In this document: positions 22,549 through 35,542 of the stretch, in pieces
How positions within the stretch are numbered: position 1 is the stretch's first letter
Layout: the number at the start of each line of letters is the position of its first letter
Assembly (NCBI RefSeq): GCF_001194135.2
Contig: NC_068989.1
Location: 50,316,521 to 50,352,320, forward strand
Source: Octopus bimaculoides
Lineage: Eukaryota
Length of the DNA stretch: 35,800 nucleotides
Direction of reading: 5' to 3'
Notes under the pieces: generated by a model
Seen by the model: only the letters and a program-made list of their open reading frames with translations
Told to the model about the DNA's origin: nothing
Database searches by the model: none
Program-made: the position numbers and the translations under genes

Positions 22549-23269
22549 TCATATTTTCCTTTTCAGTTTATTATATAATATAGTCATAGAAAATGGTTTC
22601 TTCCTTTCCATTTTTATTGCTATATGACATTTAATGAACTTGTTCTCGTATTTCACATGTTTTCCACTTTTCACACTTCGAAAATGGTTATTATTCAATA
22701 TTTTCTATTAGTTAAAATTATTTATGTATTTACTTGTAAATTTATTGTAAATAAAGAAAATAATTACATTACACAAACACACACACACACTCACACACAC
22801 ACACACACACAGATGCAAACACGCAAACACACACATACACACATGCACGCACGTGAGCGTGTGTGTGTGGGAGCTGTATGCAAATTTGTGTATATATGTA
22901 TTTAAATATGTTTGCTTTTAGAAAAATAATCCATGCACACTAGACACATCATACATTTTCTTTCACATATGGAGATACACACCAATATTAATGAACAACA
23001 CTCACACACATGTTCACATACATGCGTAGACAGAAGCAATAATTTACTTAGACTCCATTTTACATTGATTTCAGAATATTTATTTTCCTTTTCTGTTTTA
23101 GACAAAACAACCATTTTCCCTGTCCAAGGCCGTCGATCATATATAATGAGTGTTTGTTTTCTTAGCATAGTTCCATTATCATTCCTGTTTGTTTTTACTC
23201 TTCTTTTCATCATAGTTATTATTTTCATAATTTTCCTTTTATCTCTTTTTTATATATTTTAATCGCCAT

Positions 23270-23396
23270 CCTCCTCCTCCTCCTCCTCCTCCTCATCATC
23301 ATCATCATCATCATTATGCATGCCGTCGTCATCGTTACCGACACCGCCGCCGCCGCCACTACCACCACCACCACAATCATCTTTATCATCATCGTT
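23270..23396. repeat. Compound trinucleotide low-complexity tract (CTC/CAT/CCG/CCA)
   Basis: Read directly. Explains the poly-R/E/D/G/M ORFs. Confidence 0.93.
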
Positions 23397-24328
23397 TTTG
23401 AAAATTGTAACATACAATAGTTGTCTAAATTGAATGGCATATATTTTCGAATGTAGCATACAAATATTAAGAATGGAGAAATTTTTGTTTTAATAAGAAG
23501 CAATTTGCACAATTTGCATACCACAAGGTTTGTATTTTCTGCTGTGTTCGCGAGCCATGTCTCCTGCATGGCAAGAGTATCGCCCGTAATTTTCCGATTT
23601 ATACTTGCATTGAATCAATAATAGCTGGTAGTATAATGTTTCATAGTTAGATTTGAAACTTCTAAGTCAGTAGTTGTTGAGGTTACTTTCAAGAAAATGT
23701 AAGCTCATAGTAGTTTTATTTGAAGGGCAGAATACAGAAGTGCACGGTTTAGCAAGTAAAACAAAATAAGGATAACGAGGAGTTTGGATTTAGCTGAACA
23801 TATTACAGAACCAAGTTCTGAAGAAAAGAAGAAAGGAAAGCAGGCAAATGACACGAAGTAGCAATGTGATTCTGTCAGATAAGTGATTCAGATTTGTTTT
23901 ATATGAAAAGAAAAAGATGGATGTATTTCTAACACATGCTGATTATCCGTTAGGGTTTGTCCCAGAGTGTGTGAGTTGTTACTTTAAGAATACCATCTAA
24001 ATTGTCATCTGCATATCGCTTCCTAGTTTATTCGTTCGGTCATGCGAAAACAATAGTTCTGTCGGTAGACAAACATTGAATTGGACTATCGACCAAACAA
24101 TTACAATTTTCTCAGGTATGTAAGTTTCGGTACGCGTGTTTTTAACTTAATATAAAACAATGCAATGCATCCTTTATAATCAAGAAATATCACTTATTGG
24201 AGTGTAGTACAACTAGTTGAAATGTATACACCATACAAATGAAACATAACGTGGCATATTGAGTAGTGTCTTGTTAGCATCTGGCGTTCACTTGAACACA
24301 CACCAGGCAAAATGTGTGGAGAACAGAT

Positions 24329-24422
24329 TTGCGATTTATACAGGGAGGATATGGAAATACTTGCGATTTACACAGGGCGGATACGGAAATGTTTGATTTA
24401 TAGAGGGCGGGTGTGGAAATGT
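24329..24422 (+). repeat. 32-bp minisatellite, 3 copies
   Basis: TTGCGATTTATACAGGGAGGATATGGAAATAC, TTGCGATTTACACAGGGCGGATACGGAAATGT and TTGATTTATAGAGGGCGGGTGTGGAAATGT. Confidence 0.92.
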
Positions 24423-24727
24423 CATCTGGCTTTGTAAACTGGAAACCGTATTTATTGTTGCTAACTGATATACTGGCGTCTGTGTATTTTGCTGCTAATT
24501 TATGTCGTATACATTGCTTCATCTCTTTGTATATATCTGACAATATTTCCCAATGTTTATTTAGTAAACTCGTAAAAAAAAAGATCGAAACATACAGAAC
24601 AATAGTATATGAAAAGGAAACTGATATAATATGGAGATCATTTAAACATTATGACAGAATTTATAATTAATAAATAAAGAATAATTTGCAAATATGTAAT
24701 CTGTTTTAAAAATTTATAAATAACACA

Positions 24728-24950
24728 AGCGCAGAACGTGGCCAAGTTGTAAGAAGTTTGCTTCCAAACCACTCGGTTCTGGATTCAGTCCTGCTGTATG
24801 TCACCTTGGGCAAGTGTTTTCTGCTATAATCCCGAGGTACCAAAGCCCCATGAGTGAGTTTGGTAGACGAAAACAGAGAAAAGTCATACACACACGCGTG
24901 TATAGGTACATGTGTACGTAATTACATAAGGTATATATATATATATATAC
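24728..24950 (+). mobile_element. SINE family C, 5-prime half plus (CA/TA) linker (interrupted copy)
   Basis: AGCGCAGAACGTGGCCAAGTTGTAAGAAGTTTGCTTCC..GGATTCAGTCC..CACCTTGGGCAAGTGTTTTCTGCTATA..TTTGGTAGACGAAAAC. Confidence 0.85.
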
Positions 24951-24951
24951 G

Positions 24952-25798
24952 CTAGTTGACGTACCCGGTGATTCCTGAGAAAGCGGTGCTTATCCTTTGA
25001 TTCCGTTCTCATAATTGTTTCGCTAATCCTATAACAACATTACAAAGTATGTAGCCCTTAAAACGGTTTTTGGGCATTTACAGAGAATACCGAACTGTCG
25101 TACATAGGATCTTGTTTTTAGGAATTCCCAATAAGTTATGAATACCCAAATTGTGAAGTCATTTATGTAATAAAATGATATTAGTTACCCGATGGTAAGA
25201 ATTCAAGTCAAGTAAAGGGCTTTAATGCATTCCCAGAGTATATAGAACTTAGGAGGAAATACTAATAAGGTATGTATACTAATATCCTAAAGCACGTTAC
25301 GTAATAACAGGCTAATCAAATATGCGATAACAATTGAAAGTAAATAACTATGTAAAGGGATTTTGCGCGTTCCCAGAGAATCGTACCCTCACTAACCGAA
25401 ATAAGTGGATCTATTGTTTAGGAAAATACTATTTACTTGTTTCAGGGTTGTACTGGATAAATTGTGAAAATAACTCTAGCAGTTCAAGTACTAACACATA
25501 AGCATACTCAATTTGATTTAGGAAAATGAATGGGTTATTTCCCTTGGCTGTTAAAATCTGGTCGAATGGGTTGTTTTCCTTGACTGTTAAAATGAAATAT
25601 ATTATATATATATATAAGGATCCTTCCAGGGACCCTATTATCGATTTTATCCAACAATCTTAGTAAGCCACGAGGTTTCCAGACATGAGTTCTACTCACG
25701 TGACAAGTTTCATCAAAATCGATAAAACGATGTCGGAGGAGTTGGTGAACAACTCCACAAACACACCCACAGACAGAATTCCCCACATATGTAGTAGA
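24952..25798 (-). mobile_element. Non-autonomous Helitron/Helentron-like element inserted in the SINE TA linker
   Basis: On the minus strand it starts A|TC (25798) and ends CTAG (24952-24955), with a degenerate CCGGG-containing stem just inside. It has a perfect 7-bp hairpin GGAGTTG-GTGAA-CAACTCC at 25738-25756, the block AAGTTTCATCAAAATCG typical of Lep1/DINE-like elements, and internal imperfect repeats. No TSD or ORF. Confidence 0.65.
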
Positions 25799-25799
25799 T

Positions 25800-25812
25800 A
25801 TGTATATATACA

Positions 25813-25850
<38 letters not shown>

Positions 25851-26052
25851 TTTTTGCGTTTGTCCCCCACTTAAGCGTGATAGCTGTATTTGGTTTGTTT
25901 ATATCATCGTAACTTAGCGTTTCAGTATCAGAATGGATATAATAAGCATCAGGCTTTGAAAAATGTACTAGGGTGAATTCTAAAATCCTTCAAGGCAGTA
26001 CCCCAGTATGTTCGTAATCCAAAGACTGAGACATCTAAAAGAAAAAAAGAAT
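25800..26052 (+). mobile_element. SINE family C, (TG)n linker and 3-prime half (continuation of the 24728 copy)
   Basis: (TG)n, then TTTGTCCCCCAC..CGTAACTTAGCGTTTC..AATAAGCATCAGGCTTT..CTTCAAGGCAGTACCCCAGTATG..GACTGAGACATCTAAAAGA, co-linear with the 3-prime halves near 13850 and 17650. Confidence 0.75.
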
Positions 26053-26408
26053 AACTATTATGAAACATATTACTAGCAGTAGTATTATGTGAGATCTTGA
26101 CAGCTAAGTCTACTTACCGGGGTATAAAGGGTAAAAATAAAAAAAAACCACATAAATACATAAGCCTTTGCAAACTGCCACATTGAATTTACCTATTACA
26201 ACAAAGGGGGAAAAAACAAAATTAACACAAACCTAAGACAGAATAGCAAATCTATTAGAGAGAATAAAACAGTATGTAAATACAGCTATATAACTGTACT
26301 TAACAGCAACGTCATACGCTTACTTCACAGATATAAATGCAAGGTATCTCAAAAATCCATTCAAAGTTTAACAGCTTATGACTCATTGAATTTTCTTTTT
26401 TTTTTTTT

Positions 26409-27530
26409 CAGGCTGACCCCATTAGAAATAATGAAGAGAACCAAACTAAGATTTTAACAAAAAAAAAAAAAAGAAAAAAGATTTGTCCTAAAGCCTTACT
26501 AGAAGTTCAGAAACGCAGTCGAAGTACAACGACATTGTAGGAGGAAATCTGAAACAGACTCATAAGAAAGACTGCAGACATCGGCGAGCGCCACGTGGCA
26601 AGAATAGGTACTAGAAACATTTATAGAGTTCAAAAATTTATTTTGTATCAAGCTAGGAATTTCAAAATCTTGCGTACATCCCTTTTCGAAACACTGTCAT
26701 TGGAATAGTTACGACAAAGTAATTGTCCATTCTCAATGAAGATGATCTTGACCGAAGAGAGGTGTTTTGAACGTGGTACTTGGCAAGATGTGTTGTTGAT
26801 CACTTTCTGACAAAGATTGTTTGAAGTGATGAGGCTATTTTTAGGTTTACTTGCTCAATTCACCGCCACTATTGCATTTACGTACTCCCTGAGACTTCAG
26901 AGAAACATCATGTTAACTTGAATGGGGTTACAGAGAAACATCATGTTAATTTGAATGGGCTTATCATTAAAATGATTAACAGAAATATTATTTTTTATGG
27001 TACTGTTACTGGTCTCATTTACTTGTCATTGCTGCGAAAATCCATCAAACCAAGCATCCATGGAAACTTTGGAAATCTGAAGTGTTATTACCAGCAAAAG
27101 GAGAATACCCACACCACCATAACAATGTAAGAGCCTACATTGACTAGATTTTAACAGATAGGTGATCTGAAGAAAGACGTTCACTAGAATAATCTCCGCG
27201 TTAAACACCCTCGTACTACTAGAACGTTTTAGTATGGAAATGTTAAAAGTTAAATTTCTGGTAGAAAACCATCAACAGTCAACAGTATGAACGCAGCCAT
27301 TCAACTATAATACACACAAATATGGAACGGAATGCTTTCTGACGTTTGAAACTCCATTACTTTGCGTAATCAACAGTGGTTGGAATAGAATGGTCATCAG
27401 TTTGAAAACAAGAGCTCATAAAACATTTAATTTCTGTTTGCGGATTATATTAGATATTGAGAATTACATATATTTTAATAAACATGAATTTCTAATAATT
27501 TACTATGTGTAACATTTTTGGAGCATCCTG
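26409..27530 (+). mobile_element. Tc1-like DNA transposon remnant (DUF4817-type transposase) with degenerate terminal inverted repeats
   Basis: Reads LNEDDLDRREVF*TWYLARC..KIV*SDEAIFRF..IHRHYCIY..FYGTVTGLIYLSLL..YYQQ, resembling LNEDDPDRR.EFCEW..IVWSDEA.FKLNG..NRHNC..FF.GTVTG..YL. Ends CAGGCTGACCCC and GGAGCATCCTG are weak inverted repeats. A 33-bp tandem duplication lies at 26898-26960. Confidence 0.8.
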
Positions 27531-27726
27531 TCTATTGGATATAATAAACATAATATTCTAGGAGTGGGGATAGAATGGTCACGTTGTGAATGATAGAAGA
27601 ATAATATAAATTCATCTCAAAGACACGTAGCAACATAGTTATAGGACAGAATCCTTAAATGATAAGTGATTCAGATTTGTTTTATAGACCAAACAATTAC
27701 AATGATTTCTAATTTATCCAAAAGAA

Positions 27727-27793
27727 TACAATTTTAATCTCCTTACAATTTTAATCTCCTTACAATTTTAATCTCCTTACAATTTTAATCTCC
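27727..27793 (+). repeat. 17-bp minisatellite, 4 copies (TACAATTTTAATCTCCT)
   Basis: Near-perfect tandem array. Confidence 0.96.
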
Positions 27794-30700
27794 ATACATG
27801 TTATAACATGATTTGGTAGCACACTAAAATTATCCAAGGGACGCACTATTATTTAAATCAGCGATTTTCATAAACGCTCCGGTTTTTTCAACAGGCGAGA
27901 TTTCTAATCACCTTTAACCGACACAGTGTTTTTTCAGCGTAAATGATATTTTTAGATTCAATATGACGTTAAGTAATCACTCAGAGGCAGATTAATTACT
28001 GCACAAAATATTTTTTCTGTAGAAAATAATTTGAACATACTTGACTCAATAGTTTTTTTGTTTTTTTTTGAAGAGAAACTGATTAAAGGTTCCTGTTCCA
28101 TGAACAAATCAAGTAAATTGAAATGTTTTTATTGTTCATACAGTACTTTGAACGAAGCTACTTGAAGAAGGTTTGTAAGTGGGTGTTTGTAAGTTTATTT
28201 AGACCAATCGTTTCAACCAATTATTGAGAGCAATATACGCGGGCCTATGATCAGAAATTGCCTTCTGAAATACCAAATCATTAAAGAAAAAGGCAGTAAG
28301 CAAACTTTGGCTAGTTCCGTTCCTGCAAATAATTTTTCTCCCCGTAGCATATCATTATTAGGATATCAGTTATTATTAGGATATCCCAATTTAAGTGAAA
28401 CTTATGCCATGAATGTGATGGCCAACTATCAATAGAAGATAGACATTTGAAACAAATTTTACTGATATGTCTCACATGAAGCAACAGATTAACATCTATT
28501 TCTGCCCCTACATGGCAATCATTGCATGAAACATGCCTTCTTCAATGTTATAATGCGCCCATAAATATATTATGGATCTTACAAGCAATGAAATTACATC
28601 GGGTTCGAAGATGTAGAAGATAGTAACAATGATTTGGAGCCATTTTTCATTCAGAAACACTTATGGGTACCATAAAAGATTTCATTGTAATGGACACATA
28701 TCAACGTACGATAAATATTTGTTAAGATAACTTCTATTAAATGATTTCTTACGTGATTAGTAATTTTAACTGTCCAGTACTCTTGTTCAATTACAGTCCC
28801 ATTAGCCAAAAGTGAAAATGCAGTTTTATTATATTCATCTGCTATAAACACGGAATGTTTCTAATAGATAATTGTCTTCAGATGCTAACATTATGATTTA
28901 TACTTCCTTTGACCTGACTGGCAACGAAGTCAAATCTTCCCAAGGACAGTGTCCCTTAACATATTCTTTGAGAGTTTCGAAAACAAATGTTCAAACCATC
29001 AGGAATAAATGACTCAAATATCTGTGATCAGTTTCAGATTAAATGTTTTATGAAGAGAGTGTCTGAGTCTATGAACACACCAACCAATGGTGTATACCTT
29101 TCTTTCTGTATTTTACCAGTTACATTCACATTGAACTATCATATGGCTAACGTAAATATAAGGATGCCGTTTTCATATATGATTCCAATAAAATACGTCA
29201 ATGAATCAAAATTTAGCGTTACACATTAATTTTTAACAAACCGTTGAAGTATACCAAATCAAGAAATTAGCTCAGGTGGCCCAAATGAATCCATCTCGAT
29301 TTCAATAAAGATTGCCTGAAATGTAGCAATAAAACATCTATTGTGGAAGTTGTTAAACTTCATTATTATTATGGTATTATAATCTATTAACCTTATTAAT
29401 TAGTGGATGTGAACACTGTACTTCATCGGTACAAAACACATTCGCACATAATCTAATATGTGAAGCACTTTTATTTATATTTATAGAGTCATATGCATGA
29501 TTATACTTTCAATGACTACATATTTTTTCTGATGCTATGATAATGCTGGAAAACGAACACATGTGTGATTGGCTTTCATATGGTTTCTATGTAAGGTTGA
29601 AAAATTACTCTAGTTTTATATAGGCCGACTTGTTTAATCTGAGATAGTCAAATCTGGTTGTAAGTGTCGGTATGACTTTTCTATGTGCATTTTGTTCAAT
29701 TCGCTAATAAATAGCAAAAAGGTCAATATGTGTGAAACATTCGGCAATTTCGATATTCATAAATAAGGTGTCTCCCTAAATGTCTGCATTTATTTAAGTG
29801 TACTTTATAATATGCAACATATGCAAAGGCCAGTTCTTTTTCGTGCGCAGACTATGGATGATGTATGCGGCACACTGTAGAAAACTTATTAATCATTATT
29901 AATTTAGCGTTACACTAAATCTGATTTCGCCTAGGAGAGCAAATTTTATCTTCCATAGTAGGAACTGTAGCAATTGACGATTTGAAATTATTTATCGGCT
30001 TTTGAAATTCATAGAGAAAAATACAAAAGAAAAAGCACTTAATAATTTAAAGACTTGGATATTAGAACTGCAACTAAATCTTGACGAGAGTGAAAATTAT
30101 TATTTTGAATGAAGAAAGTCTAATTCGACGATCATTTGTAATTCTGACACATGAAGTGCAATAAGAAGACAAGATGAAGGCTTAATTGGTGATTGCAAAG
30201 AGACAGGAACATATTATGGTAAAATAGAACAAGTGGCACCTGTATATATTTGCATATTTATAGGTATTGTGTTTAGTTGACAACATAATTTAACACCATT
30301 CTGTGATTGATTATTAGTGAATAGAATGGCATTATCATTGTTAATCCATGAATCCATCTCTCGTTTCTTCTGAACATAAATTACGAACAGTAGAGAATGG
30401 CGAATTTTCGCGAAAAGACTAATTTTATCACAATTATGATTCTTTAATTTGAATAGAGGACATCTTACAATAATAATCGCCAAAACTGCTAAAATGGGAA
30501 ATGCGTTGACTGTTAAATTCTGTATAACTATTGTAAAAAAAAAACTGCAGTCTTTCCCCACTCTTACTATCGTCGTTTGTATTTGTTTAGTTGCATTTTT
30601 TTAAAAAATTAGAATCACGTTGGGTTTTCCTGTTTACCGCTAGAAAATTGCTGTTAGGAGTGTCTAAGTTCAGTAGGAGTGGCATCGGAGCTTACTTTAA

Positions 30701-32479
30701 ACTTTTGTTAACTCTCACACACATGAACCATTACATTTAGTTTTGCTTTATTGTTTGATGGCAAGTTACGTCTTGTGCTCGCAATGTGATCACTGACGCA
30801 ATATCATTGCATTTAAAGTAATATTCATATGTAAGAGATATACTTGCTGGAAACTGGAAGTGTCATTCTCGACACTATCTTCACTATCTTCGATAAGTTC
30901 AAAATCTGGAAGAATTAGAAATTTTAGTTTTTACAAATAAATGATGAGTGGTATTAAGAAGAACCATTATATAAAGTGGTTTTAGTAAGTGCAGAACCAG
31001 TGTTAGAACATGCATACTAGGTTAGAGAGAGAACTAATGAAAAGTTTAGTGCAAACTGGTAGGATAGAAATATGCTAAGTACCAGCTATAACAATAACAT
31101 TTGAAGTAGACTGAGAATGTATTATGTATTTGAAGATGTCCACCCTGGATGATAGAAACAAAGCTACTTGGTGTCGCTTCTTTATGAAAGTTGTTTCATA
31201 TGACTTAACATTAATTTAGGTTTTCTATGTCGCAACTCACTTAACAACGCATCCAAATACATAGAAGTATTTTCAAAAAGAATCTAAAATTATGAATGAT
31301 TATTAATTGGAATATTTTCTTATGTACAGCATTATCTTATCAGCATCTCCTTCTTTAGGATCTTATCTAATTTCTAGAAATCTGCTATGTCTGTAATTTC
31401 AGAATCGTAAGTAGCCAAAAGAAAACGTATATTATTATTTCTTAGTGAAATAATAGCTACAAGTTTACAAAGTGCAAAGAAAATAAAATTCAAAAAGCAT
31501 GTGATTACATGATATTCATAGTTTCCCAAAGATGTGTAAGTGAAGAAAAATATTGTCGTCAAGTTAGTAAGTAGGGAACTTGTATTCAGCTTTTCAGAAG
31601 CGTAGCAGTTACTATACAGCACACCGTGTCCAAAGCAAAATCTATCTAAACCAGACAGAAAATATCTGTTATCATAGCTTCTCACATAAATATTGCTTCA
31701 AAGCTGATAAATTATATATCAATTTATTCATCATGATTTGGTATAGGTAATTGAATATTTAACAGTAGGATCTCAGTCAACGGATACAATTACATTGACG
31801 TGAGAAAAGATGATTTGTGGTTACGTCTATAGAGAATAACAAATTAGGCTGTCAGAAGAGAAGTAGTCTATTTAGCATACGTTGCTAGGTTGAGACTGCT
31901 GACTCCTCTCACTCGCACGTCTTTCTTGTGTTGGAAAAATATGTTAGTCTTTGTTTTTGTTTGATATTTCTTGTTTTAGCGTTCGTGGCGTAACATCAGT
32001 TTGAGGAAGAACTAGTGGAAATAAATTCGGGAATTACAGGCGTCATTGCTTTAAATCTGTTTCAAACAAATTTAACATTCTCAACTTGAAGGATTCAAGT
32101 AATAATAGTACATTTGTCAGACATAACATTCCAGCTGAGTAAATCTATGGTGTCGATGTATATTGGCTAAGACATACATTTATTATTCGGATACTGAGGT
32201 AACTCTCTCTATAGAATTTACTCTGTAAGAATGTAGTCCATATATGAGTTGTAGGAATTATAGCGACTTATAAATGTTTTATATCTTTTCAACTTTCAGG
32301 TGAAATCCGCAAGAATGGCGAGAGGTGAAGAGACAAGTGTGTCGGGGGTAGCTGAGTAGCTGAGATACGAAAGAAATATAGTAGCTATAGCAAAAACCGA
32401 GAGGGGAGACAGCACGCTTATGAACGAGGGGATAGAGTGTGCTCATTTGTCATAGAATATTCATCAAGCGGGTATCCCT

Positions 32480-32910
32480 TCACTAGATGTGATTTATGGT
32501 GTCAGTGTACATAGCTGAAGCACTGACCCTAACATAGGCCTAGCACTCAACAGTAGACCTTACTTTTAGCCTCACAGAATATAATCAGCTGTTGTGGACT
32601 GAAATATCTTCAAATCCATAAATGAGGGGCAAGATTTGGAGATGCGGTCCGCGCTAATATAAGGAGAGTCCTTCGGATGATAGTGAGGCTCAGCATTTGG
32701 AGCGATTACAAGGCATCCAGTTGGGTTTAATTTATGTTTAAAGGTTGAGTGGTGTTTTCGTGGATATAACTAGCGCTAGGATGTCTTTTATCTTGCCGTT
32801 AAATGACAAAATGGAAGACTAGGCCTGCCGGTGGATGCTCTGAAGTTTACCATTTATGGAATTAATGCAAGTGTATATGCAGACAACGATATTGTTCCCC
32901 TATGGGGAGT
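32480..32910 (+). mobile_element. Possible highly degraded Tx1/L1 RT remnant
   Basis: Weak motifs in the expected order: DPNIGLALNSRP (like DPNKG...NFRP), LGCLLS (like QGCPLS) and GINASVYADN (like SAYADD). Confidence 0.4.
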
Positions 32911-33317
32911 TTCGTCTCGCCAAGTATTCAGTTTTCTCTAACGTTCAACGTCTTAAAGGGCCTTTTTCCCTGGACAAATCTTGCAGCCAAATCATATATA
33001 TACAAAACACATAGATTAAGTTTGTGGCATCAGTAATGTTTACTATACTAAAGCTGGTTCTAATTCACACTTTAATTTTATTTTATTTGTGGAGCACTCT
33101 TGCACATCAGCACATGGATTTTATGCTATATGTGAATATGGTGCACAGAGCCAATAACCTGAAACGGCAACAAATTTTCGATACCCACCGCCCTTCTTCA
33201 CCTACAGAACGATACGTCTAACCTGGTTTGAGGTATTTAGTTTTTTTTTTTAACCTATAGCGTATTAAAAAGAAACTTTTCCTTGGACGAATTCCACATC
33301 TGATAAGCGCATGAACA

Positions 33318-33370
33318 AAATACACACACACACACACATATACACACACACGCTTACATTTATGTGTATG

Positions 33371-33402
<32 letters not shown>

Positions 33403-33450
33403 CATGTATATATACATGCATGTATGTATATGTATGTATATGTGTGTTCT
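33318..33450. repeat. (CA)n/(TATG)n compound microsatellite
   Basis: Read directly. Confidence 0.93.
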
Positions 33451-34687
33451 TTCTACGCAGACATGAGTTCCACAAGTTGTCACGATTAGAGTTATTTCAA
33501 ATTTAGAGTATTATACATGCTCGAGTGACTATATATAATCAGCTATACTCTTGAAGGCAGTATCTAATAATGACAACAGCCCAGTGACTGGAATCAGCCT
33601 AATATTCCTGTAGTATTATTGTAATGCTTCAGAGACCACGCGCCAGCCTAGCTATATATTAGTTAAATAATGGGAAATATAAATACGAATGAGTAAATTA
33701 ATAAATAATCGTTATCGATTTCTCTTGCGTCGATATAAAATCAGTTGTTTTTATTTCTATTAGATCTACTTAAGAATAATACGTGACGGACAGAATGAAA
33801 ATATTTATATCAGTGTACTTGGCAATAAGAATTTGAGACCCCATAGCCATTATGTTTTTATAATCTCTGTTACCAGTATTTCAAAGAATAATCAAAGAAA
33901 CCACCTTGACGTGACCGCTCTCTTTGCTGCAAATACAAGCCAAATCTCTATCATACATTTACCTACCATGTCATGAAAAAGGACAGTTTGATATGCTACT
34001 GCTCTATATATTTAGACAACTACCGAACTGAGAAATCTGAAATATTTTCATTTTTTTCGAATTCAAAGAAAAAATTATGAACGTGTACAAAAAGTAAAAT
34101 GTGGATATGTTTTTGAGATTTTCGATCCAAAACTAAATCGGAAATACTGAAGAAGTTACCGAATTCAATCATTATAACCTTAATACTATAGAAAATATTC
34201 GAGTACAGGTGCGTGTTTCAAGAACCGATGACGGTGTAAGGTGCTTAAACAAATCTTTTAATATCTTTCACTGGATAACGGCTTTCTAAATATATATTAA
34301 GACATACTATGACTGAATATACAGGATGGCTTTAAGAGAATGCCACTTGTATCTATGTGCTCCATAATGGATTGGACTTGAGGTTAACCATGAAAATCGA
34401 CCTTTGGAACTACAAAAAATAACAACAGCAACGGTATCAAAACTGACGTGGCAAATATATCATCAGTTCTGAAACTTTACAGAGATGAACTATAAACGAA
34501 GTGAAGAAACTAAATATCGAGTCAGTTTATTATTTCATTATAGCACAGAACTGTTTCAGTTCATTCGAACTATTGAGATACTGTTAACTTTGAATGATAG
34601 CATTATCATGCAAGTTTTGTTTCATTTGTTCTAATATAATAATTTTCATAATTTTCTTCCTGACACATGACTATGGGCACATCCACC

Positions 34688-34689
<2 letters not shown>

Positions 34690-34725
<36 letters not shown>

Positions 34726-34771
34726 CACACACACACACACAATACACATACGCAAAACATATGAGTATGCT

Positions 34772-34805
<34 letters not shown>

Positions 34806-34966
34806 TAGAGAGAGAAAGAGAGAGAGAGAGAGAAAAAGAGAGTGAGAGATGTACACACACACACACACACACACATACACATATATATATATATGTATAC
34901 ATATACGTATACGTATATATATATATATATATGTGTGTGTGTATGTGTGTATGTGTGTATGTGTAT
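34690..34966. repeat. Compound (CA)n-(TA)n-(GA)n-(CA)n-(TA)n-(TG)n microsatellite
   Basis: Read directly. Confidence 0.95.
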
Positions 34967-35542
34967 TAGACGCTAATTAGCTTTAATAACAAACTTTGGT
35001 GCAGAGCTATTCGCGATAATTTTTCTTCGACATAACTATGGGCTCCACTGATTCATCTCAGTTCACTGACCTTATGGGGCTGTACGTACTCCAGGGACTC
35101 TGCAAGAAATATCTATCCCAACTACACCCTAAAGCGACATATCCTAATAACAAGATACAACGACCCCCGCAGAGGACAGATATGGTCAACCCACAGTAGG
35201 AACAATAAAGAGCATAGACTGCTGCGTATTCTGCCACCTCCCACACACCCATATCAAGCTCGTGTCAAACACGGCCTTATAAAGAAATCTGAATCTCCAA
35301 TACAAACTCCAACTGGAAAAATGATTGTACCTTCCCCAGATTACCTAATAAAAGCGGAGGGAGAGCAATACTTTGATATACCCCGAACAACAATAACCTT
35401 AATTCTACCATTGATAAGAACTATATTGAGAACAGTCTTGCTGCTTTAGCTAAGAGTTGTCCCAATGATAGTAATAATTACTTTAATAATATGACAACCG
35501 ATACAATTAATAATATAAATAATAAGAGCAGCGACAATGCCA

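Noticed and set aside
22933-23262. Hydrophobic ORF after a strong acceptor at about 23101
   Set aside because: The hydrophobicity comes from T-rich low-complexity sequence next to a trinucleotide tract.
30214-31685. ORFs of 115 aa (30214-30561) and 103 aa (31374-31685) on the minus strand
   Set aside because: They have no recognisable domain, and their length and composition fit chance ORFs in AT-rich DNA.
35040-35470. Possible CR1/L2-type 3-prime end (GLYVLQGLCKKY, like LYSLQRRRERY)
   Set aside because: There is only one weak motif and it cannot be supported without a profile search.
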